Shown one piece after another: positions 12,775-25,900 of a DNA stretch of 64,000 bases; the stretch's first letter is position 1, and each line of letters opens with the position of its first letter. The translations under genes and the position numbers were made by a program. Under the pieces are notes generated by a model. The model did not search any database and was not told the DNA's origin. It was given only the letters and a program-made list of their open reading frames with translations. Location of the stretch: positions 895,566 to 959,565 of the forward strand of contig BCKZ01000004.1 of assembly GCA_001600815.1 (NCBI GenBank), in the 5' to 3' direction. Origin of the DNA: Alloascoidea hylecoeti. Taxonomy: Eukaryota.

Positions 12775-13119
12775 AGTTTGGAAGATTTTTTGTGCTTTAT
12801 ATACGTTGAGAAAAACTTGTGGTTATATATGTTAGCTAATAGGCCTAGGAAATTGCGAGCTTTCTATATAACCTAGCTATCTAGGAAAATCGACGTATTA
12901 GTAATCATATGTTGATTGTTACTAGTATGTTAGTAAGATCTTCCGACTTCTATACAGTAGTCTACTCCGCATACGTAGCCAACTACGGAAACTAAATATT
13001 AAAGAAAATATAACGGCTGAAAGAAGTTAAGGGGATAAAATCCTCGACCTAAAAATATAATCGTGACACTACTCCTGACTACTGATCCAAAATCTAAATT
13101 TTCTATGCCTTTCTTGTTA

Positions 13120-13536
13120 TGGTGTGCCCCACTCAAAATGAACAACTTTTTCGACTGCAGTTTTGGTCACAGAAAATATGTATGCAATTGTACATAATAC
13201 GATATGAGGAAATATCTCAGAATACATATGCATTCACCCATCTAGATAAAGTAATTACAGTAGTTCTAACTTCTACAGCTCATAGTATACAAACGTGGCC
13301 CTATTTGTGTGGCCGCCAAAAATCTGGAGGCCTAGTTAAGATATCAAGACAATTTGACATAAAATTGCAAAAATTAATTTTAAGCGTAACTATTTATATT
13401 TGCCATTTAAATACATTCATCTTTAATATAAGCTTATATTTCAGGTAATTGTGATGGTGTGGTCACATTTTCCACGAGGGGTGTTGAAAATGTTTTGATT
13501 TTCCTGAATGTTGCTCATTTTGAGTTGCACGTACCA
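13120..13536. mobile_element. MITE-like element, copy A (417 bp, ~30-bp imperfect TIRs, TA flanks)
   Basis: Left tggtgtgccccactcaaaatgaacaacttt, right aatgttgctcattttgagttgcacgtacca, TA on both sides; interior homologous to 16296-16730. Confidence 0.65.
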
Positions 13537-14099
13537 TATTACGAAGCTGCAAGACCAATTATAGGAATCGATATCAGAAACAACCAAAAACAATTTTAAA
13601 CCTCATTAATACTGTAATTATATACTTGTATATTGATTGACTTTTCACGGGCCATAATAAGCCTCCAAAACTTCCAATTCTGCGTTGGACTCCATTCTAA
13701 AGACTTTTTCAACATAATTAGGTATCCATGTTGTGAGTAGGAATACCTTCAACCCTTAAAAAATAGATATCCTTAAAGATTTTCTGGGTCCTATAAAAAT
13801 CATACATCAGAAAGGTTCATTCTATTGATAATTTTGGATACACTCTAAGTTTGGGATCATTTCTAAGGGATGAAATTCCAATTCCAATTCACTCCCAATT
13901 ATTGTAATGGGTGTTCAAACTTTAGAAAACAAGTACTAAATACGTGACATTTTTCCATTTCTAAAATACGTATCAACTGTTTAAGTTTAACTACGATTAC
14001 AAAAATTGTAGAAATACCCAAATATCACGAAACCATCTTCCGAATTAGGAGTCTGTAGGACCTGTACAAGAGTGTCCAGGTACAATGCCGAAAAGGACC

Positions 14100-14490
14100 A
14101 CCTCGTCTGAAACTTTCAATGACAAGATAATCTTCATGAAAGATAATTATAATGTTCCTATTCATAAAGCTGGTGTTATAATGTCATGGTTTGAAAGGGA
14201 AGGAATTGAAGTGATAAATATGAGTGGGCTGTATATATTCCGCATCTGAACCCAATTAAGAAGGCATGCAAAAAAAATTATCAGCAAAAATGAACCACCC
14301 TTACAAAACCACGAGGAAGCAAATAAAATAAGATGTGCCAACCTCGGGAATACCCTAGAATATCTCCCGATATCAAAGACAAGAATTTCTATCCTGAAAT
14401 TATGAATGCCGACCGTGGTAGATGATCTATTTAAAAATTTGTATAATCTGTGACTGAATTGATATCTAAGAGGTGGTCCACATTATCCAA
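14100..14490 (+). mobile_element. Degenerate Tc1/mariner transposase C-terminal remnant
   Basis: FMKDNYNVPIHKAGVIMSWFEREGIEV, then frameshifted EWAVYIPHLNPIKKAC, matching the Tc1 FMQDNAPIH...WPxxSPDLNPIE motifs. Confidence 0.75.
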
Positions 14491-16295
14491 ATCAAACATA
14501 TTAATTTCGGTCATATGCATTTGTAGTGTTAAAAGAATAAAAGACATTTTACAAAAACAGCCCTGTAACATATATCAAATCATTTGTTATAACAGAAATA
14601 AACTTACATGCAAATATATGCATTAATTCCAAATATCATAAACTGTTACTTTGTTTATTTCAACAGTAGTACTGTTCCCAATAGTTTCACCATGGTGTTA
14701 ATTCCGACATTTCACAACATTTGGGATATACATGTATTCGAATGTTCTCAGAATATTTTGAGCTCTAGCGCTTTCTAATAAGTATTTTTGACTCCAACTT
14801 TAACCCAAAATGGTAAAATAACAAAGAATCAACATATGGAAGCCGCTACTTTATATAAAATATTTCTAATCTAGATGAGTTACACGAGAATCTAGAAGTT
14901 TATTTTTTATCTAGTTTAATGATACCTTTAGTTCAGCTGCTTCAACTTCTTCAGCATGTCTTGATGATGAAGGGATATCTCTAAATCATTCACCATCTAC
15001 ACGGCTTCATCAAGGTTGAAAATTGGTACTTTTACTATATATTGAACCATTTATCACTCATGAACAGTATATTTTTGTTTCAACTGATTACTACTGCCTT
15101 TGGAAACAAATAACCCTCTAACGTAGTCATATTTGTATAACACCACTTTTCTGTTCGAAAGGAACCTTTTGGAGGCTTTCAGGGAGTCTGCAATCGAATA
15201 CGTTAACTCTGAATGCCGTTTATCGCATTTATTGAACATTTACTGTTCATATAGTGGTCGTTCGTGGGTTTGTCAAAAGTTTTCGGATTGCTTTTTTTTT
15301 TGATTTTCTCAAAATACGCATCTCGATGTACTGCAAAATGCTTCCTGATCCTGAATATTCTTTGAGATTTCGGCTTCCTTGTTAATTGTAAGGGTTTCTT
15401 TAAACAGGTTGCCGACATCTTTGGAAAGGGCTCTATTTATTAGGGTTCCTAGTGTGATCGGATTTACTCAGTAATCTCTTGTGACCCGTCAGTGAATACC
15501 TGGACAGTGTAGCGGCTTCTATTTTTCGAGCCTTTCTTAATATATAGGAATTTCATAGAAGCAATAATAGCAACATCATGCACTATTTAGCTTTTTCGAA
15601 TTTTTTTCCGGTTAATTTGGGGAAAAATATTTCGTTACTTTTAAGACTAGCTATTGGTTGAATGATAAATTATTATATCTATATATTTGGTACCTATTGG
15701 AGGGAATTCGAAGTCTTCTAAGGGTTTTATAACGAATGTTTTGTTCTTTTCAAGATATAGTCTGGGGTTTACAAAATAATATTCTACTTAAGGTAAAGTA
15801 TATTTTACAACTTAAGAAGTGTTTTTTAAATAACAGAATCTAAGATGATTGGATCGTTTGAAAAATGTTATTTCCTGAGTTTCACGAAAAATAATATTCA
15901 TGTCAAGAATCATTTTTTAAGTTTTTTCTTATAGTTATTACTATTATATTTCAACATTGAATCATTACAGATTCACTTTACATTTAGTTCAAAAGATTTC
16001 ATATTAGGATATTTTCTAAATATCATATCATTGCCCATCATCGTTTCAGCTGATTCTAATGTTTGATACTGCGGATCCCATAATTGTATGTCAGGCTAAA
16101 TGTAACCAAATGATAGTTTTAATAATGCTATTTATTTCTTTTAATTAATTTTTTTTCGTAAATTTAAGCGTTTCAATTTCCAGTGGAAATTCGATTAAGG
16201 TCTTTTTAGTTTTAATCTTCTTTGGTTTAATTAAATGTTTAATCATTGATACACATGTAACCATAGGCCTATGAAATAGTATGCATAGCTAGATA

Positions 16296-16730
16296 TGGTG
16301 CACTCCGCATCACTGAAAATGAACAACTTATATAGATCTATAATGGTGTTCAGAAATTTGCACCAGAAGTGTATATTACGCAATGAGGAAATATTAGAGC
16401 ATATATATGCATGCCCTCATCAATAAGGCATTATAGCTTCTACGAAATTATATGCAAAAGTGGCCCTAATTATAACTATGCATACATGTATGTGTATCCA
16501 AATATCGCGGTCTTACAAATAGTTCAGAAATGGAGACAAAATATTAATATTTGGCAAAGAAGTGCAAAAATAATTTGAAACTATAAGATTTTCACTCGTC
16601 ATCTATCTACCTATTGTCGTCTTTAATATATAATTGAAGTGATTTTGGTGTTGTGGTCACATTTTGCGCGAGGGGTGTTCAAATTTTTTTAATTTTCCTA
16701 AAAGTTGTTCATTTTCAGTGATGCACACCA
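16296..16730. mobile_element. MITE-like element, copy B (435 bp)
   Basis: 22-bp perfect inverted repeat gcatcactgaaaatgaacaact (16307-16328 vs 16703-16724); shares atgaggaaatat, gtggcccta and tgtggtcacatttt..cgaggggtgtt blocks with copy A. Confidence 0.65.
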
Positions 16731-17204
16731 TGAATTATATTATAAATTTTCTCGATCTCTAACCAATCACCAGTATATTATTAATTATTGTATATGATCT
16801 AATTATAATGTACCCGTAGCCAATTATTTGATCATGTCATATAGAAATATACCCAATCTATTCAATATGGATTGTATACGACCTTTTTAACCAATGAACA
16901 AGTTTGGTAAACGCATGTATTTCAAGAAGCTTAGCTAGCTATAATCTTATAGCGCTAGCCTATATCAGAATATCATTTAATGATTACAGAAGCTAATCGA
17001 CACTAAAAATAGAATGAAAAAAATATCACCAAAACGTGCACTCTCTAATATTATAAGTCCAAATCAATTAATGGAGTAACATATTTGGGTTATCTACAAT
17101 ATATATAAGTTCTTATATAAATATTAATCTCATAAAAAATTTCATAAACATCAATTCAAAGGCAAGTGCAAAAAAAAATAAAAATTATTGTGGACTAATT
17201 TAAT

Positions 17205-18821
17205 TTAATTCCAAATTGATTTTTTCATATTGGATAAATTATGAGCAACGACGGTCCTAGTTGGTAAAGAAAAGATATCATCAATTTCCTCTAATGTTTT
17301 ATTTTTGGTTTCGGGCATATAAAGTAATTGATAGATCCATCCAAGAACAGCAATTCCTCCAAAGAATCCAAGCATAAGTCCCGTATTAGTCATTGCCGAT
17401 TGCATAGATGTGAAGTTATAGGTGATGATAAAACAAAGTAGATACAAGAAAGCAGAAGAGATCGTCATACCATATGATCGAAGATAAGTAGGATATACTT
17501 CTGAAGGAACAACCCATGTTAAACAAGCATATGAACCGAAAAATCCCATGTATAGAATTAATCCGGTGAGATATAAACCTTCGGCTGCTGCTTTGTGGGT
17601 ATTATAGTCGATTCTATAACTAATTCCAATTAATACCAGCCCAACAAAAAATCCAGGTAACATGTAGTTGGCCCAAGTACGACGACCATACTTGTCCATG
17701 TATAAAATTGCAGGAATAGCTCCTAGCAATAGTGAGACACCACCAACAAGAGACATGAAAACCGAGTTCTTATCAGAAAATCCAATATTCTGTAGTAAAG
17801 TAGACATATAATACATGACACCATTAACACCTGTAAACTGACCTAGGAAAATCATAGCATTGGCGTATATTAAAGATCTCCTACATCTTGGAACTGTGAA
17901 AAAATCTAACCAAATATATCTCCTTTTGTTTTCACTTAAATTAGATTCTTTTTCTAAAATTGCTGCTTCTTTCATCTCAAAAAATTCCACTTGATTCTCA
18001 TGATCATTTAAATCTCTTAATCGTTTCCAAACTCCATAAGCTTCACCAATTCGTTGTTTATGCATTAGATATCTAGGACTTTCTGGAAGGAAAAACAATC
18101 CGAAAAATAATATTGTGGAAAATAATAAAGATGAACCAAGTGTGAATCTCCAATTCCCTTTAACATTCAAAAATATAGCAGCGATAGCATATCCAAAAAC
18201 TTCCCCAAGCGCTATATTAAACTGATATAATGAAACTAAAGAACCTCTCACAGACGATGGAACACACTCTGCAACATAAATACCAACACACCCACCTTCT
18301 ATTCCGACTCCTACTCCCAGTAAGAAACGACCAGGGGCCATTTCAGTGAATGATTGAGAGGCAGCTTCAAGAATAGCACCAACAGTATAGAAAACACATG
18401 ACACTATTAAAGACATTCGACGTCCAAAAAATTCATTAAGAGGTGTCATGATTAATGAACCAAGCACAGCACCAAGTGGCATCAGACTACTACACAACGA
18501 TGATTCTCGAGATGTTAAATGTAAAGCGTCTGGCATATCCAAGTTAGCACCACTGATTAAAGATTGATCAACACCAGATAGAATTCCAGCCATACAAGCA
18601 AAGAACCCTAAAACATATACCATATGAGTTTTATTTTCAAAATGGAGTTCATATTCAAATAATTGAACCCTTTGCCAGAACGTTCTATTTTTCTTTACCT
18701 GTTCATATTCTTTTTCTAAAATCTCAAATTCACCTTTATAGTCAATATTAGCAACATCTTCACCTTTTGCTTCATCAACAAAGTTAGATTGAACACTATG
18801 TAAACTGTTTTGTTCACTCAT
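17205..18821 (-). CDS. FSY1: MFS sugar porter of the FSY1/FRT1 fructose:H+ symporter type
   Basis: 538 aa; GILSGVDQSLISGA, SSLMPLGA, GVGIEGGCVGIY, SLYQFNIALGEV and PESPR segments match the Fsy1/Frt1 subfamily as recalled. Confidence 0.8.
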   Translation of the reverse strand: MSEQNSLHSVQSNFVDEAKGEDVANIDYKGEFEILEKEYEQVKKNRTFWQRVQLFEYELHFENKTHMVYVLGFFACMAGILSGVDQSLISGANLDMPDALHLTSRESSLCSSLMPLGAVLGSLIMTPLNEFFGRRMSLIVSCVFYTVGAILEAASQSFTEMAPGRFLLGVGVGIEGGCVGIYVAECVPSSVRGSLVSLYQFNIALGEVFGYAIAAIFLNVKGNWRFTLGSSLLFSTILFFGLFFLPESPRYLMHKQRIGEAYGVWKRLRDLNDHENQVEFFEMKEAAILEKESNLSENKRRYIWLDFFTVPRCRRSLIYANAMIFLGQFTGVNGVMYYMSTLLQNIGFSDKNSVFMSLVGGVSLLLGAIPAILYMDKYGRRTWANYMLPGFFVGLVLIGISYRIDYNTHKAAAEGLYLTGLILYMGFFGSYACLTWVVPSEVYPTYLRSYGMTISSAFLYLLCFIITYNFTSMQSAMTNTGLMLGFFGGIAVLGWIYQLLYMPETKNKTLEEIDDIFSLPTRTVVAHNLSNMKKSIWN

Positions 18822-19380
18822 TTGATTTAGTTTTGAGTTAAATTAATGAGAAGTAAAATAGAGGAGAAATATCGGAAGCAACATAGCGACTATAACGAGC
18901 TTTATAGTTAAGATTTTCATCTGGAATTAGAATTAATTGTAACTTTGTATACATTTAATTAAGTGGAGTCATAATGCATATGCGGTATCTCAAATACTGT
19001 GTAACAATATTGCAATCAGTAAAAATTTAAACTTAGTCGTGACTTTGACACCAAAATGAAAGTCAATTTAGATCATTGTTTATGCGTACTTGAACTAACA
19101 CTGTGTATATATATACCATATTCGTATCTGCACTCCACAGAGTCCACAACATCATTCAAAAACTCGATAGATAACTATATATGAATATTTTTACGAACGT
19201 AGATTTTCACTTCATGATTTATATATCTACAGACAAAAGGACTATGAATGCATTTGTCTATTTGAAGAATATTTGATCCTCGGATAATTTCAAAAAGTGC
19301 CAAGAATGAAACCAGCCAAGCTCTAATTAGCTTCAATGCATGCATATAATAATATAATTAATTGCAAAATATTCTTTCTA

Positions 19381-19421
19381 CCCCACGCTTGCAGCACAGT
19401 TTATCCGGAGACATTCCGGGG
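19381..19421. promoter_or_regulatory. Putative Mig1/CreA (SYGGRG) glucose-repression sites upstream of FSY1
   Basis: CCCCAC 19381, tttatCCGGAG 19405 and acattCCGGGG 19416 form a GC island in AT-rich DNA 560-600 bp upstream of the ATG. Confidence 0.45.
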
Positions 19422-20639
19422 GCGACAGGATCAATTAATAATAAAATATTTGTATTTGTACAGTACACGTATTTTCGTATATACTGTTTAAATTTTTTCT
19501 TTCGATATATATATCGATCGCAATATCAAAAATATGGTCTTAACCAATTATTACAGCATATTTATATTTTATAACATCTGGTTTATATATTTCACTCTGG
19601 CAAGTTGTCTATTTGTTAATTATAATACCCCTAAAAGTAATGAAAATCATTTTTCCGTGTATCATATTAAAATTTTATTAGATAATCACAGCCAATTACG
19701 GTTCATGGGTCATCAATATGTATAATTAAATATTCAACCGAAGTATTATTTAATTATAATTATAAGCCACCTCAACACTTCATGATCAATAAAACTAGGG
19801 CCGTTTGTAATAATTCACACATAAACTATTATGATGATAGTAAGCGATCATGAGGAAATTACCCCTTCATCAGGTTAAACCATGCTCCTTGAATTTATGA
19901 TTATAATTTTACGTATACCTTAAAATTATTAGTTGATAAAGTAAACAGAAAGAACTATTGCAATTATTGGCTAGCTTAAGATTAGGCTTAAATTTAAATC
20001 AAATTAAATTGAGGCCTTTTAGAATTATTTTTGTGTCAAAATTGGGGTGCTCAAAATCTGCAACGCTGTTTTATCTTTTTTGGATTTTAAAATTTTCTGT
20101 AATAATCATGATATGGATATGATCATCATCAGGTTGGTTACCCTATATAAGCTTTATCAGCTTATAATTAAGGGATATATAAAATTTAAAGCTGCTCAAG
20201 ATCCTATTTATTTATAATTTTTTATTTAAATTCCTATCTCTTATACATATTATATATGCTCTATAATCTTTCATTATTTTTCTGAAGAATTCCATTTAAG
20301 TAATGGGGTCAGTCATTATATTTGGAATATAGGCCTATATCATACATGCACTCCGATTATTTAACTGACCATCACACAAGGCCTGTACATAGTATATCCG
20401 GAAAGGCTGATCTGCCAATTTTGGCCACAATGTGATTGAATTTCAGTGAACCCTGAGCCGCACTTTCTACAGCAAGGCTGCAAACACTTAGCTTGCCGTG
20501 TCTCGACTTCAAAATTAATTCCGTGTAGCTACATCCTTCGCCTAAAATTCATCCGGATTCTACATACATAAATATGTATCCCCTTGTTCTTCACCGTACC
20601 ACATTATTATAAAAAGCCGCCTTGCATTAAAGTTCCAAG

Positions 20640-21354
20640 ATGTCCAACTCGATCTCTTATATGTCTCCCAAGGGAAGAGTGGGTGCCATTCCAATGTCAT
20701 GGGAAGTAATCAATCAAATCATTGGTAAGTTTTATCATAATCACATTGTTCAATCGAAATATTAATATGATATAACTTATCGTTTATATTTGTACAACTT
20801 CATACTAACTTCAAAGTAAAGCTGAGAATAAAATTGAAGAACTTTATAGAGAGCCCGGATTATTAGATACTTATTTCGATTGGAAAGTCGAAATTAATAA
20901 AAAATACGGAGGAACATTTAGATACGTTTTAATTGAAAAGCTTGGCTGGTTATCCTCAACTCACATAATTGGAACGCCAATTCATATTAATTCGGTTAAT
21001 TCTGAGTTTTTAGGGTCTTATAAAGATATTAAAATTCTCGAAAATGATTTCCCATATTACATTGATAATGGAATCAGGCATTTAGTTATTTGGTTCAAAT
21101 GCCCAATTCCTCTTCAGTCAAATGTTGATGATATGACCTTAGATGCAAAAAGTGAATTTGAAAAATTTATTGATGATTTATTTTTCCAAAAATTAGGAAT
21201 CGAGAAAGAAAATTTGGCTTGGTTTAGAAATACTACACCTTTACAAAGTATTAAAGAAATAGGCCATCTTCATGTTATGATTAGAGATATTACAAATGAA
21301 CATAAAAGTAAGATTGATGAGTTGATAGGAACCTCTGGCTTGGTGGATGAATAA
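20640..21354 (+). CDS. DUF3605 / YPL067C(HTC1)-like HIT-fold protein; 2 exons (20640-20724, 20822-21354)
   Basis: GTAAGT...TACTAAC...AAG intron; motifs KILENDFPYYIDNGIRHLVIWFK and WFRNTTPLQSIKEIGHLHVMIR. Confidence 0.75.
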
Positions 21355-21573
21355 TGATGAAATTAAAAAAGAAAATAAAAATAAAAACAATTAAGTACAA
21401 ATTTTATATAAGAATACAAAGATTATAGAGAGTATAAACAATCAAAAAGACCATTAAATAACATTAGTGGAACTTATTGATTCTAGCCGCGGCCGGGAAA
21501 CTACCCCGCTCCATATCTTTTTAAATTGGCATATCCGGACACCTAAGCTTCATCACCGCTTTTCCGTTTTATA

Positions 21574-22959
21574 ATGGAACACTTCACTATTGTTAAGCAT
21601 ATTTTCAAAACGGTTATACCGAGAAGCTTGCCCCGAGTAACCAACTGCTTTCATGACGAATTGGAAATAGTGGCGAAATTATATACTCCAAAAAATCGCA
21701 CTTTAAATGAACATAAAAATGATGAGATAAAGACACCCAAAGGAAAATCTCCACGGCCATCATTTATATATTGTCATGGGAATGGATTTCCAAAGGTATG
21801 AGGTCGGTGATAATCTTATGATTCACATTCGAGAAATATTAACATTCATTGGGCCGGTACACGATAGGAATTGTTTGAACCTTTGATTGATAGATTATAT
21901 GAATCTTGTGAAAAATCAAACATTGAAATAAATCAAATCTTAACAATCGATGCATTTAATCAAGGTGAATCCTGCATTTTGAATGAGAAAAAGTTGGGTG
22001 ATTCTTGTAAGTTTTTCAACCGATATTTCTTATAATGGATATCTTGTGTTTTTACTACAATCTCAACTAACACTATTAATTATAGATCCTTGGTTTGACT
22101 CATCCAGAGATTTAGGACCCATTATTCATGAATTAAATAAAATAGATAATTCATTTTTCCATGGCCCAAGTATTGGGATAGGACACTCGATGGGAGGAAC
22201 AACATTGTAAGCTTGAGTCTAGCCGTTTACTATAATATTTTTAACTACTAACTAGTATGAATAAGGCTTTATTCCTCATTGATATATCCCACAATATTTT
22301 CTGGTATAATAGGTTTAGATGCTATCATGGTTGATTCAGTCCATTTTCCCCGTCCAGCTGCGGCACTAACTTTGCGTCGTCGAGATGTATGGTCAGATCG
22401 TGAAGAGGCCTTTGCTAAATTTAAGAAAAATCCATTTTTTTCAACGTGGAACGACAAAGTATTAGAAAATTATGTAACTTATGGTTTAAGAGATTTACCC
22501 ACACCAACATATCCTGATTTGAAGGAAGGTGTAACTTTGGCAACAACTAAAAAGCAAGAACTAATCACGTTTGTATCCCCACAAGGTACGTTAAAAGAAG
22601 GCAATATCCAAAGGCCAGAACCTGTTTACATGTATGAGAATCTTCATAAAGTACCTGTCCCTGTTCAGCTAATAGTAGCAAGGAATGGGTCCGTAATAAA
22701 CCATATTGAAAGATTTGAACAAGAAGTGAAGAACATGAAAATCAAAGAATCTGAAGTTGTTATTATGGAGGATGTTTCTCATTCATTACCATTTGAAAAG
22801 CCAAATGAATTGGCTGAAATTCTTACTCCCTTCATCAGTAAGATATGTGGGATTTGGACAGATAAGAATAACAAGAAGTATTCAGGTACTTTGCATTCAA
22901 TAAATGATGATATTGTATCATATATTCAGCAATCGACTAGGCCTAAGAGTAAAGAATGA
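21574..22959 (+). CDS. Alpha/beta hydrolase (LPX1-like family); 4 exons (21574-21795, 21868-22006, 22086-22206, 22266-22959)
   Basis: HGNGFPK|ELFEP, IDAFNQGES, GHSMG nucleophile, RRRDVW, SHSLPFE; three GT-AG introns restore the frame. Confidence 0.8.
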
Positions 22960-25900
22960 TGATATTCATATTTCTGTCTGTATATGATAATATATAGATT
23001 TACTCACATCTAAATTTACATTTAAAGTGGCTAAAGAATATTTCCAGCTATAGCCCTTCACTCTATCTTCCTAAAATATATTATATCGTATATTACTCTA
23101 TCCTCAAGTTCATTATTATAGTTATATCTGTATAGCTAATAAATACTTGTATAATACTCATAATATATTGACAAGCGGTTAAATTTTCAACATCTATAAT
23201 TTGAACAGTACATTATCATCATCTATGAGTTACACTTACATTCAAATACATTAAGTCATGCGAAAATGCAGTATAGAAAAATTGAATCATCTAACGAATG
23301 TAATTATGATTATTGACCAAAATAGATTCTGAACGCAACCAATCTATACCGTATGATTGCATGAAATTAATCTACTATAGCACTTTTCGGATTTATTGCA
23401 AATACAGTTCTTGCATTCTGAATTCGCAATATTTAAGGGAATATTTAGCCATGGAAGTGTTTATTTTCGGCATGATGGAAACTCACAAGGTATAGGGCGT
23501 CGCCGATCTAGTTATTTAATATATTTCGTAAAGTCCTTTTCGTACCCAGATTCGACATATATGTAAACTTTTTTTCACCAATAGGTAGGATAATTCGCTC
23601 GGTTCCACAATGACGCATATTTCTCTAGTTTATTATATTACGTCACTGGGATGGCATTGAATTTGGGTCTTGTGTTTATGATTATTACGTCATTTGATTC
23701 AAACTTGTTTCATGATTTGACTTTGATTAATTCACCCAATAGAAAAATGATACATTCGCTACTCAGTACAGTAGAATTCGTCGTCATGATATATTCCATT
23801 TTCATTGCACGAATAATATTTCTCGTGAGAAAGGATAAGGGGCCCTAACTTTGTATGATTTTTCTACTGAGATGGTATGATCAGTGTCTAAATCTTGTAT
23901 TAGCCCTGGAGTACACATAGATAAAAAGGAGGGATTAATACTTAAATTCAGAAAACGATGAAGGAAACCCCATAGGACTATTGTGGGGATGTTTGTAGAT
24001 ATTCAATGTTCTTTTTTTGATAAGTGTCTCAAAATAGGGATCCATTTTATTTATTATTTAACACTTATAAAGCCTTATATTTGAATACATATAAGATACA
24101 GACCTCATATATTTTTGAAGTTTTGAAAGACTAAGTTTGGTTTACTGAGTGACGAATTAAAGATTTCCTATATGGTGTATTATTCTAAGCTATATCCTGA
24201 AATAATAGTGAAACAAATGAGGTGATAAAGAAATGAAATGCCTAAATTTATTGCCATCCCAGTGGCGTAATATAGTGGAGAGTAACGGAATATGTGCATG
24301 ATAGAAATGAACGGCTTGCTCTACATAATTATGAAACTAGATTTGCACATATGTCGAATTTGGAGACGAAACAAATGTTGAGCTTATTGCGAAATATACT
24401 GGAGCTACATAACGAAATAAAATGTCACTATGAGTATCCAATATGCCCAGAATACACACACTATGGCTACTAAATACTTCCTCCAACTTAGCTAATTAAG
24501 AGTGGAAATCTCAGCCACTAAAAATATTTGGCCATGTGGATGAATAATTATCCGCTTCATGCTCTGCTACGATTTGAACAGAATATTAGGCAGCATGATG
24601 AACTGATGTTCCTCTACGTTATCCACTAAATAAGCATCCGCTTGATTAAATAATCGGTCACGTTGTTGAATAGTTATCAGTCACCATTCACTACTTTTTG
24701 GGCGCTTATACCGATATCTATGGATCACGTAGACGAACTTTAGTCCATCAAGCTTCCCGAAATTTTTTTTCAAAGGTAATAAATTTAAATGGCCCATCTT
24801 AAAATTTGGTAAGTACACACGTTTTAATTTTGGATGTAATCTAAAAGTAAAATAAGTGGTTCTTCTGAGTTGGAGTCTGGAGAAAACAGGACAGGTAGAC
24901 AAGAACTAAAATACTAGCCTTCCTTTCCCCACATTTTGGTCTGTTGGTTTATTTACCAAATTATATGGGAAAATGACTGTAATTAGCTCTTAACCTGTTA
25001 CACAAGTTTATAAATTTAAACGCAAGGGTTGATTTGATGATTATATAATTGTAAAAATGGGTTCCAGGTTAAACTAGTTAGAATTCCGTTTGATGGATAA
25101 TCTATTTTCAATCTCAAGAATTTTTTTTGGATATGTTATTAAAATGCATTCAGTTTGTTGCTTTCTGAAGTATGGTTAGAAATATTCCTCACATCCCCAA
25201 TTTTCCAAACCAAACTATGTGAGTATTGTAAATGTATTGCTTGCTATAGCCACTTACCTATAAGGAATACATATGATACTTTAATTTATATATTTGATTC
25301 TAGAATCTAAACTAACGTATAAATTGTGATGAAAGTTAATCTCGGACTCGGAGGTAATATTAATAAATTCCCGTTTATTTTAATGATTTTCTTGGTACGT
25401 GTATCAAAACAGTAGCTTACGATTGCATTGAACATTAATATATAATTATATATATAAATTTTAAGTTAATGAATATAAATCAAGGATAATGGTAATTTGT
25501 AACATCCAAAATACACTTTTTTGTTTTATATTTTGAATTACAGCACCAATTGCAAAGGCGCTTTTTGCATATTACATTAGTAATTTAGTATATATCATTC
25601 CTATATATTGTACTATGACAGTCAGAGTAACTTACATTCATTCATAGCTACATAAATCTGTTCCTCAAAAACCTTTAATAAAGTTAATTCAGTCCTATCA
25701 TTCCCACTAAGAATATTCATATATAGGTGTGGGAATGTGGAATTGAAATTTGCTTATTACATGCATGTAAGTTACCCTGATTGTTATATATAAAATTATA
25801 CCCAAATATCACAAATCAATTGTAATGCGATTATTCTATCAAGTTCAGGCCGCTGTATTATTATAACTAATACCATACTCATATTAAGCTACATATCTTT

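Noticed and set aside
13120..16730. LTR retrotransposon reading (two TG...CA direct repeats)
   Set aside because: No matching 5-bp TSD, PBS or PPT; the repeats have ~30-bp TIRs and TA flanks, and the interior holds a Tc1 relic rather than gag-pol
24240..24900. Moderately GC-rich, coding-like stretch with RRGTSVHHAA (helicase-like)
   Set aside because: Single short match, multiple stops, no second supporting motif
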